A stretch of 64,000 nucleotides of DNA from Mizuhopecten yessoensis. Its lineage: Eukaryota. Each line of letters begins with the position of its first letter. Within the stretch, counting starts at the first letter, position 1. Below, in pieces: positions 12,601 to 20,392 of the stretch. A program made the position numbers and the translations under genes. The stretch is taken from contig NW_018407390.1 of assembly GCF_002113885.1 (NCBI RefSeq), forward strand, positions 2,971,208 through 3,035,207, read 5' to 3'. Under the pieces are notes generated by a model. The model had not been told where the DNA came from. It searched no databases and worked only from the letters and a program-made list of their open reading frames with translations.

Positions 12601-15600
12601 TCCTCCAGCCCCACAGTTTAATCGTGTTATTACATGTAGCTATTTAGTCACCTTCTGGGTCATCAAACTTGAGGAGCTGTAGTGTGGCATCACACTCGAA
12701 TGGCCTGTCGAGGTCCCATTGCACATCATTCACCTTGGCAACCACACAGCTGTCGGCCAAGCCTTGACTACAACACAAAATGTCAATCATTATTGAATCT
12801 AAAAATAGATGTGGCATAGACAGCCTGTCCAAAGGTACCCTTGGATATCGAAGTATGATAGAATTCCATCACACTAATACAATGTACTGGGACATTTCTG
12901 GGTCAAGGACTTTTTCAGTCAAGAAAGCCTTGGTCATGACATAGTTTCTGAAGGTCTTCCCGCAATATAACGGTCAACGATTAATATTATTTAAAAATAA
13001 ACATATGGGCTTGACAACACGATAATCATTTTCTGACAACTTTGAAATATGTAGGTCTGACTTTTTACCATACTTTTAGCTAGATCCGCTAGTCATAATT
13101 TTGGGTCCCAGATCTCAAACTTAAAGATTTTTTTTTATCTTGTCTGATCTCTTCTCATACTACCGATAATATTCTCCACAATTTGAAATTATTGATGACT
13201 ATTTGCTACAAAGAAATTATTGCTTTTCCTAAATAGTGCAAAACTGTTTTGAGAGAAAACAATTTGTCAAATCAACAACATTCCAACCTCTGATTTAGAT
13301 AATCTGTTATGTACTGTCATTCTAATTAAGATCGATGAGGCATATCTACCTCTGTTGATCAGGTCAAAGGTGTGCATGTTTATCACTGCAACTGAGGAAG
13401 TGGAGATTGAAAAAGTTGGATCATTAAAATGTTTGAATATGCTTCACATACTCTCTAAGCATTGAATTGATACAGATCTATGCAAACAATGTGCAGTACT
13501 GATTCCAATATCATAAATGACCTCAGCTGTTGCTAGGAAACTTTGAAATAGGTTAAGCAGAGATTGTATCATTGTGTCCAGTACTGTTCTGTATTATTGT
13601 CCACGTGTCAATTGTTAACAAATAAATTGTGAAAAAATGACACTCGATTATAAACTTATATGACAATGCAAAAAATTGATGGCAGATCTAGAGCAACACA
13701 TACCTGATGCCCTTTGCGACCTCATATGGTGTGGTCTGCCAAGACTGACCATCCACCACTTTTCCATCAGGCAATGTTATCTTGATGGGTGCAGAAGGCA
13801 TTGCAGCTAATTGTTCATCAGCCTCCTTCTTTAACTGGTCCCACAGAATCTGCCGCTCGGCCAGGAACTCTGGAGGGGGCATCATCTAAGGGGGAAATTA
13901 GCAAGGCATTATGTATGGCAAAAAACAAACAGGAATTGAGAGTAACAACCGACAGAAATCGTCTTTGGGTAACAACAAACAATTTATTTAGGGGCCCTAA
14001 CAATAGGCAAAAACCGTCCTAAGTTAACAACAACAGTCAGGAATCGTCTTAGTATTGGTAACAACATACTGGAATCATCTATTATCTCTCTTAACAAAAG
14101 AGAACATGTACACACACTGTCACAGGAATTAATTTAGTGATTTAAACGGACAGGAAACATCTCGTGACTAAAACAACTCATTTACAGAATGGCCCACTTT
14201 AAATTTACAATTATATGTAATTATACACAATGATACAAACGTTTAAGATATAAAATCAGTGCTTTAAATAGTGGGAGACCTTGGGCCAAATATGCTTGTA
14301 TATTTAATATGAGGTGCCATGCTCTTTGCATTGCAGGCATTCACATTCTCCAAATGCAGGACCCTAAATTGCATTAATATATGCCACTTCACAATGTTTT
14401 AATCAAAATTCTGCAAATAAATCATGAGTTCAGACTATTATTTATTTATTTTGAACGGGATGCTTGTGTAATGACCCTTGATGACTTAATCAACTAGCAA
14501 GAATATTATGCAATACAAAGTCAGATGTGTACCACTTCGAAGAAGTCCTTACAGTTTTGCTTTGAACTCTGTGTACAATGAAAAGCATGATTGATGATAG
14601 TCCTATATTTATTGGTCAATGGAATACCAGGTACTATTCAGTATATATATCTTGTTGGAAAATGAAATGAAATGAAAAGAAATCTGCATGCTGGTTTTAC
14701 CACTTCTCAATGTATGTGCTACACCAATAAATTACCTGTAGTATAAATATAGATACCTATTCCATGCACATGGCTGTACACATAAAGTGTAGCTAAAGTG
14801 AAAGTACCCTGGTACATGTACCAAACAAGTAATAAACAAGTGCTGACAAAGCTTTTCCCTAAAGGTTGTATCTAAGCAATCTATTTATTTTGTCAGCAGT
14901 ACTTCAATCAGTTTGTTAAAAAAATCTAGATTAAAATTGAAAACTTAATGTTTAGTTTCAATTTTTTTTCTTTCAGAAATTGGAACCTTAAACATTTTTT
15001 TTATATTTAACATTTTATGACAGCTTATGCACTTAGGTAACATAATAATTAATTAAAAAAAAACCTGTTCATTTTTCTCCCCATGCAATACCTTTTTTAT
15101 AAGGCAAAAAATAGTTGTTTTCTGGTAACCCTGCTACCTATCCTAATTTTTTGTGTATATAGTCAATACCCTAAATGTTTTGGCAATTTTCAAGGAATCA
15201 CTGTTGAAGTAAAGTTTACTCTCCAATATAAACTTCATAAAAATAAGTTTAATTTTAATACCTAGCTATACCTACCCTCAGTGATTTGTTTAGTGGTGAA
15301 TTCAGAGCCTAGTTATAAAGTGTAGCAACTCTTATTGAATATTTTTGGTATTGTCCTTCATTTAATAATTATTACTGAAAAATTCAAATACTTGTTAGTG
15401 ACTAATTGAAGTGACACACATTAATGCATATACATATATATATCAACTCTGGTATTAAACAAACCTCTTTTAACTTGTCTCCAGATCCAGTTTCAGCAGC
15501 AGCCTTTTTACCCTTTTTTCCTCCCTAGTAAAAAAAGCAACAGATTAGTTGTAAACCCTCATCCTGAAAGGACTAAAAGCTAACACTTATAAGATCAGTA

Positions 15601-16537
15601 AAACTAATTAGCACTAACATTTAAATCTAACAAAATGTAATCATAACATACAAATGTATATAGCTACAATGTACTGACGAGTGATTAGGGTGCCACATTA
15701 TTAAAAATTCACATAAGTGAATTAGGATTTACAACAAAATAAGATCAATATCTACCTCATCCTCCTCATCAGAGCTACCGGAGCGAAAATGCTCCATTTT
15801 TAAACAACTATTGCTAGAAAGCAGCGTTCACTTGCACATTTAAGTATAATTCCGGCCAAAGTCACATGCACGCTAACGGTTTTATATACACAGTATATAA
15901 TAGAATGAACTGTTCCTATAATAGTCCTTATAATTATAATTCATATATTTAAAACCACGGCAAGAATGAGCTGTCCTTAATAATAATATAAACTTTACTA
16001 AGAATCTATGAGCTGACTCCAAAAACAGATTTCATGGAATTCGCGCTGTTCTTTAAATCACGATGATATTGGATCTCTAGTTTTCGGTTTAAATAGGCCT
16101 ACGATACACTGTGTGCATTCGTGTAACGTGTAGATGATGCAATAGACAGCTGATAGAAAGTAGGTCTAAAATTAGTCCGGTAAATTGACATATATTCAGC
16201 CAAGGTATATCTCTAGACTCTCCAAGTCAAACAAATTCCACATTTAACTCAGGTAAGTTATAACAAGAGAGTCAATGTAATGTTAAATAAACATGAATCA
16301 TATTATAATTTTTGTTTACACTACTATATATGTTACTATATCACTCAAGCGATAACCACAAACCGTGGATGCATATCTGGAGAAAGTATGGCATATCCTC
16401 TTGGAAAGACGTGTTATAATAAACTTGGAAAACATGATGGCTGTAAGGATCGAGTACTAAAACTATTGTATCCGTGCCTTTTCGGATTTTTCAGATATGT
16501 CCATCTTTTTGAGCTGTTTTTCCACGTTTTCTGCCAT
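582..16537 (-). CDS. TARS1: Threonyl-tRNA synthetase (class II aaRS, cytosolic-type), spliced gene of 19 coding exons in window, 3'-partial (last exon(s) beyond position 1)
   Basis: Exons join in frame (1,999 nt). They give the TGS domain (IKITLPDG...WDLDRP), editing motifs HSSAH and [23 protein letters not shown], motif 2 HRNE...[37 protein letters not shown] and the start of the anticodon-binding domain. All introns are GT-AG except intron 1 (GC-AG). Confidence 0.97.
1402..1474 (-). CDS. TARS1: TARS exon 18, [24 protein letters not shown]
   Basis: gtccag acceptor, gtaggt donor. Confidence 0.97.
1786..1893 (-). CDS. TARS1: TARS exon 17, [35 protein letters not shown]
   Basis: cacag acceptor, gtaagt donor; motif 3. 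Confidence 0.97.
2084..2184 (-). CDS. TARS1: TARS exon 16, [33 protein letters not shown]
   Basis: tttttag acceptor, gtgagt donor. Confidence 0.97.
2333..2410 (-). CDS. TARS1: TARS exon 15, [26 protein letters not shown]
   Basis: ttatcag acceptor, gtatgt donor. Confidence 0.97.
2494..2700. mobile_element. Degenerate Tc1/mariner-type MITE
   Basis: TATTGTGAAATCA...TGATTTTACAGTA inverted ends bounded by TA, with internal ATTTCGTGG/ATTCGTGG motifs. Confidence 0.55.
3098..3235 (-). CDS. TARS1: TARS exon 14, [12 protein letters not shown]...[20 protein letters not shown]
   Basis: tttag acceptor, gtgaat donor. Confidence 0.97.
3941..4103 (-). CDS. TARS1: TARS exon 13, [14 protein letters not shown]...[18 protein letters not shown]
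   Basis: gtttcag acceptor, CAG|gtcaga donor; motif 2. Confidence 0.97.
4946..5236 (-). mobile_element. tRNA-derived CORE-type SINE with tRNA-Thr(CGT)-like head and L2-like 3' tail
   Basis: A-box-like TAGTCTAGTGG, B-box GGTTCGAGTC, loop CTCGTAA, CORE-like TTGAGCAAGATACTTTAC...GCTGTAAATGAGTAC, tail GTGAACCGCTTTGAG. Confidence 0.75.
5572..5642 (-). CDS. TARS1: TARS exon 12, [23 protein letters not shown]
   Basis: aaacag acceptor, gtaaga donor; Zn-ligand Cys. Confidence 0.97.
5714..5789. repeat. 22-bp tandem repeat (TGTTGGCCTGAACACTATACCG), ~3.5 copies
   Basis: Directly visible. Confidence 0.9.
6226..6281 (-). repeat. Tandem duplicate (62-bp offset) of the 3' half of TARS exon 11 including its splice donor
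   Basis: CAACAGCAAGCTCTGGCAACAGTCCGGTgACTGGCAACATaATGAT|GTAAGT versus exon ...GGTCACTGGCAACATTATGAT|GTAGGT. Confidence 0.92.
6294..6389 (-). CDS. TARS1: TARS exon 11, [32 protein letters not shown]
   Basis: aatttcag acceptor, gtaggt donor; motif 1 region. Confidence 0.96.
6596..8133. repeat. 38-bp minisatellite, ~40 copies, derived from the TARS exon 10/intron 10 junction
   Basis: Unit CACCCTTATAAATATCTACTACACATGTATTACAGCCT; the terminal copy overlaps the last nucleotides of exon 10. Confidence 0.95.
8128..8226 (-). CDS. TARS1: TARS exon 10, [33 protein letters not shown]
   Basis: tttttcag acceptor, AGG|gtgagt donor. Confidence 0.97.
8469..8615 (-). CDS. TARS1: TARS exon 9, NSSTYWEG...[10 protein letters not shown]...RDHRKLGR
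   Basis: ttttctag acceptor, gtaggt donor. Confidence 0.97.
9151..9229 (-). CDS. TARS1: TARS exon 8, [26 protein letters not shown]
   Basis: gatag acceptor, gtaact donor; editing motif DLCRGPH. Confidence 0.97.
9447..9511 (-). CDS. TARS1: TARS exon 7, [21 protein letters not shown]
   Basis: ctttacag acceptor, gtaagt donor. Confidence 0.96.
10325..10442 (-). CDS. TARS1: TARS exon 6, TVSSEDY...[21 protein letters not shown]
   Basis: tttacag acceptor, gtaagt donor. Confidence 0.96.
10536..10763 (-). mobile_element. tRNA-derived V-domain-type SINE
   Basis: A-box TGGCCGAGTGG, B-box-like GGTTCAATGC, V-like TTTCTCCAGGTACTCTGGTTTTCCTCCACC, tail CTGTTGATAGGACATAAAC...AAACC. Confidence 0.7.
11220..11349 (-). 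CDS. TARS1: TARS exon 5, [38 protein letters not shown]
   Basis: tttttaag acceptor, gtaagt donor; editing-domain HxxxH. Confidence 0.96.
11909..12538. mobile_element. Kolobok-type non-autonomous DNA transposon (630 bp)
   Basis: TTAA|AGGGGCTGGTCGGGGAAAAAAT...ATTTTTTCCCCAACCAGCCCCT|TTAA: ~22-bp TIR, TTAA TSD, RR termini. Confidence 0.8.
12652..12767 (-). CDS. TARS1: TARS exon 4, [15 protein letters not shown]...KFDDPE
   Basis: tgttgtag acceptor, G|gtgact donor; TGS domain. Confidence 0.96.
13704..13885 (-). CDS. TARS1: TARS exon 3, [11 protein letters not shown]...[10 protein letters not shown]
   Basis: ccccttag acceptor, AG|gtatgt donor; start of TGS domain. Confidence 0.96.
15465..15524 (-). 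CDS. TARS1: TARS exon 2, [20 protein letters not shown]
   Basis: tttttttactag acceptor, GAG|gtttgt donor, phase 0/0; resembles the Lys-rich N-extension of animal ThrRS. Confidence 0.88.
15756..15797 (-). CDS. TARS1: TARS putative alternative first exon 1b, [14 protein letters not shown]
   Basis: aaaATGG start, 14 codons, GC-richer than flanks, phase-0 donor GAG|GTAGAT, 231-nt intron to exon 2. Confidence 0.5.
16135..16143 (+). promoter_or_regulatory. C/EBP-ATF composite (CARE/AARE, ATF4) element TGATGCAAT in TARS intron 1
   Basis: Exact match to the canonical amino-acid-response element; aaRS genes are established ATF4 targets. Confidence 0.5.
16364..16435 (-). CDS. TARS1: TARS alternative exon 1m, [24 protein letters not shown], putative mitochondrial targeting presequence
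   Basis: gccatcATG start; 24 codons with five K/R, no D/E, Ser/Thr-rich, RYAS processing-like motif. Phase-0 donor ACG|GTTTGT has the same GTTTGT as the exon 2 donor. Confidence 0.75.
16478..16537 (-). CDS. TARS1: TARS exon 1a, [20 protein letters not shown] (cytosolic-type N-terminus), ends at non-canonical donor AAG|GCACGG
   Basis: ATG in good context (agcATGG). The frame hits TAG at 16465-16463 unless spliced. The GC donor is phase 0, matching exon 2. Confidence 0.75.
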
Positions 16538-16539
16538 GC

Positions 16540-16840
16540 TGTTCTGTCTTCACGCATGAACGGAAGTAGAAACAGTAAACTAATAAACAAAGTCGAAACA
16601 TTCCGGATGAAATGGCCTACTTACTACATACTTGCCAATTTTTTGAAATTTCCATGGGGGAGATTATGCGTGCTCAAAATTAAAAGCATCAATAACATGT
16701 GTTTATGTACACCATAGGGAAAAAATGACACTTATAAATGGCATCGTTTGGACTGTTCCATCAAATCTTAGAAAGTAAGAACAGTTTAACAAATTCACTG
16801 GATAAAAATGCTCACTTTTGGGGTCCGAAATCGGAAGTCT
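16540..16840 (-). promoter_or_regulatory. Putative TATA-less housekeeping promoter of TARS
   Basis: ETS cores CGGAAGT (16561-16567, ~16832) and CCGGATG (~16603), plus AAATGGC YY1-like motifs directly upstream of the exon 1a ATG. Confidence 0.5.
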
Positions 16841-16851
16841 CCCTTCTAAAT

Positions 16852-18821
16852 AGTGACACTAGTTGTAGTATCACTGACCGAACAGTAACACTAGTTGTAG
16901 TATCACTGACTGAACAGCGACACTAGTTGTAGTATCACTGACTGAACCAGGGGCGTAACAAACGGGTTTTCAATGTGTAAGCCCAATGATGAAATGTGCT
17001 GCCGAAGGCAACACACTGAAGCGCGTAGAGCGAGGAGGGGGAGGGGATGGGAGGCAGGCGCGTAGCTGGGCTTTTTCGATATGCATGCAGAAATTTAAAG
17101 TCGCACCAAAGGTGCGTGTGCGAGCGCCGAAGGCGCGAATCCATTCTAGGGGGGTACGGGGGCATGCCCTACCGGATTTTTTTTTAGATCTAGAAGCTCT
17201 GTTGTGCCATCTGGTGGCTTTTTAGATACATTTTTGAGTGTTTTAATTTTTAATTTTGGTTGATTCATTCACTTTGTTATTGGAAAGCATCGCAAAAATT
17301 CAAATGCATTTCAAATGCGAAAGACAGCTCTCCTTGTTTTTCTCTACGCCAAAAATGTGTCGATTGTTGGAATTCCTCGATAATATCCGTTGCGTCATAT
17401 CTCTTTCCTGATGAATCTAAATTAACTAGATATTTAAAATGTCGGAGCCAATATAAACAGATTAATTTCAGATTTTTTGCTGTTGTGTCCACCAAACCCT
17501 TTTTATATCATCAACATTTCTCAGAACATAAGATGACGGTAGCTCCTATATCGATGTTTAGATATATGTATAGATCTACATATATATCCAGGAGCCCTAC
17601 TGAAGATAGACCTAGGACTACTCTTAAAAACATACTTTATAAGTTCATGACGGGGAAAAATGAATGTATCTAACTACGTGTATCTATGATGTGAAATTCT
17701 CAATAGACCTATATAATGTCACAGATAAGCAAAAGCTAGGGGGTCTTACCCCTTCCCATCGATGTGGGTTGTGGGGGTCTCCCCCAGGAGATTTTTTTGT
17801 TTTCTAGAACGCCTGAGACGCGTTCTCCCGTGTTCTGGCGTCAGTTTCAATGGCCATTTTAAAGCAAGAAAATATTATTTTCCCCTATTATTTTACAAAT
17901 ATTTTGCTTTTTAATATTTTGTATCATATTGTCTTTGTCGCCTTTTTATTATTAAAATGATGTGTAAGCCTGGGCTTTTTTGCTACATAGGTTGTTACGC
18001 GCCTGTGAACAGCGACACTAGTTGTAGTATCACTGACTGAACAGTGACACTAGTTGTAGTATCACTGACTGAACAGCGACACTAGTTGTAGTATCACTGA
18101 CTGAACAGCGACACTAGTTGTAGTATCACTGACTGAACAGTGACACTAGTTGTAGTATCACTGACTGAACAGCGACACTAGTTGTAGTATCACTGACTGA
18201 ACAGCGACACTAGTTGTAGTATCACTGACTGAACAGTGACACTAGTTGTAGTATCACTGACTGAACAGTGACACTAGTTGTAGTATCACTGACTGAACAG
18301 CGACACTAGTTGTAGTATCACTGACTGAACAGCGACACTAGTTGTAGTATCACTGACTGAACAGTGACACTAGTTGTAGTATCACTGACTGAACAGTGAC
18401 ACTAGTTGTAGTATCACTGACTGAACAGCGACACTAGTTGTAGTATCACTGACTGAACAGCGACACTAGTTGTAGTATCACTGACTGAACAGTGACACTA
18501 GTTGTAGTATCACTGACTGAACAGTGACACTAGTTGTAGTATCACTGACTGAACAGCGACACTAGTTGTAGTATCACTGACTGAACAGCGACACTAGTTG
18601 TAGTATCACTGACTGAACAGTGACACTAGTTGTAGTATCACTGACTGAACAGTGACACTAGTTGTACTATCACTGACTGAACAGCGACACTAGTTGTAGT
18701 ATCACTGACTGAACAGCGACACTAGTTGTAATACCACTGACTGAACAGTGACACTAGTTGTAGTATCACTGACTGAACAGTGAGACTAGTTGTAGTATCA
18801 CTGACTGAACAGTGACACCAG
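16852..18821. repeat. 32-bp minisatellite (GACACTAGTTGTAGTATCACTGACTGAACAGY), ~28 copies, split by a MITE
   Basis: 3 copies before 16948 and ~25 near-identical copies after 18005. Confidence 0.96.
16948..18005. mobile_element. 1,058-bp non-autonomous DNA transposon with CAG termini and 5-bp TSD (hAT5-like)
   Basis: TGAAC|CAGGGGCGTAACAA...TTGTTACGCGCCTG|TGAAC. Removing the element and one TSD copy restores an intact 32-bp unit. Internal GCCGAAGGC hairpins. Confidence 0.85.
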
Positions 18822-19957
18822 TTTGAGGTGCTGAATCTGTGTTAAAAAGGCGCAAGTAACATTTTTAAACGAGACATGCGTGATATAAATCATTTTAATG
18901 AAAATACCAATCAACACATATCAATGCTGGGACAAGAATGTTCCTTTCAACTGTTGTCTACATAGGCCCACAAGTTTCAAGTTATACTTCAAGTTGACTG
19001 AGTTTGATATGCTACACACAATTACAAAAAAAACGGTTTAGAGTGAGAAAGATCTACAAAAAAAAGCAAATAGTACAAGGGCGCATGTACAGAACAAATG
19101 CGAGATGAAATAAATATTCGTCCTTTTATGTAACAAACAAACTGACTCAAAGGAAGTTTTACTGCAATAAATTATAACTGCAATAAGTTTGAACATAACA
19201 TACAAGATATTACACGTGTTTAAGCATTACAGGTGAGTGATAAGGATTCAGAGTCAGGGATGCGCGATATCGATATACTTGGTTCCCGCATTGATGTTTG
19301 TTTCATGATCACCACTGGGTAAATATGTATGTCTTAATGTATCACGAAACGAAAGAAACCACACAGAAAGGTGAAATACATTTTCAAACACTATTAGGTT
19401 TAAAATATATCTTTAAACGCTGATTGCATCATCAATAGATCACTGAATAATCAATATCTACACTGCTATATACAGGAATTTCGTACAAGGCCATAACGAT
19501 TTCATCATCCGGGCTATCAAGATAGGTTAACGTGGTGGGCGGTAAGTTAGCCTCGTCCGTCGATACACCTGTAATATAAATAGACGAGGCAAGTATCTGT
19601 GATCAGACGACAAAATAAACAAATTTAAAGTATGGGGATGACGGGTTCTTGTTAAAACTAACTTGAATGAAAATGAATGTAAAGAACACGGTTTAATTAA
19701 ATGTAATATAATCCCAATGTCGGGCCATAGCTATTTCAAAAACAAGGAAAATTGAACGCTGTTGAGTGTTGCTCAATTCCCTTTTAATCAAAGTGTAGGA
19801 CAATACCATATATATATATATAAGTAGATGTGTATTGGAAAAAGAGATCTATATGCGCCGCTAAAAACATATGATTATAAAATATCAAACACGACAATGC
19901 TGGAATAATTATTGATAACCTCGTTATTAAAAATGTAACATGGAGTGTAGGTCTGAT

Positions 19958-20127
19958 CATAGGGACCTGATAATTTGTTGCAGCTATATTTGGACCTAAA
20001 CTAAGGTGATCAGGGTAATTTTACATGTTTTACGAGTTTAGATATAAACCCATAAAACATGTAAATTTACTATAAACACCTTAGTTCAGGTCCAAATATA
20101 GCTGTAACAAATTCTCAGGTCCCTGTG
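19958..20127. mobile_element. ~170-bp foldback (palindromic) MITE-like element
   Basis: CATAGGGACCTGATAATTTGTTGCAGCTATATTTGGACC...GGTCCAAATATAGCTGTAACAAATTCTCAGGTCCCTGTG; no clear TSD. Confidence 0.7.
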
Positions 20128-20279
20128 GGCCCGATAATAAGTAACAACAGATACACACGTTGTACAATATACCTCTAACCCAGGATATATTTTCATTAAA
20201 ATCCATTAGAAATAAAATCAACAATATGTGAAACATTTTAATTACTTATGTAATTGAGAGTGGACATTCTGAATGATAT

Positions 20280-20342
20280 CATCCTCGATATCCAGAGGTT
20301 ACCCTCACTTACGCTGAGCGTAACCCCTGGATATCGAGGATG
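20280..20342. mobile_element. 63-bp hairpin micro-MITE with 9-bp TSD (Mutator-like signature)
   Basis: GAATGATAT|CATCCTCGATATCCAG...CTGGATATCGAGGATG|GAATGATAT. Confidence 0.8.
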
Positions 20343-20392
20343 GAATGATATAGGTCCTTCATAAAAAGTGGAGTGTCTTTGAATTAGCAAGA

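Noticed and set aside
697-15464. Intronic C/D or H/ACA snoRNAs in TARS
   Set aside because: No box C/D pair with terminal stem or H/ACA architecture identified by eye; a snoscan/Infernal run would be needed.
16280-16717. 145-aa plus-strand ORF
   Set aside because: Antisense to TARS exons 1a/1m and promoter; no recognisable protein features.
16852-18821. CRISPR-like appearance of 32-bp repeats
   Set aside because: Head-to-tail repeats with no unique spacers, no cas genes, eukaryotic context.
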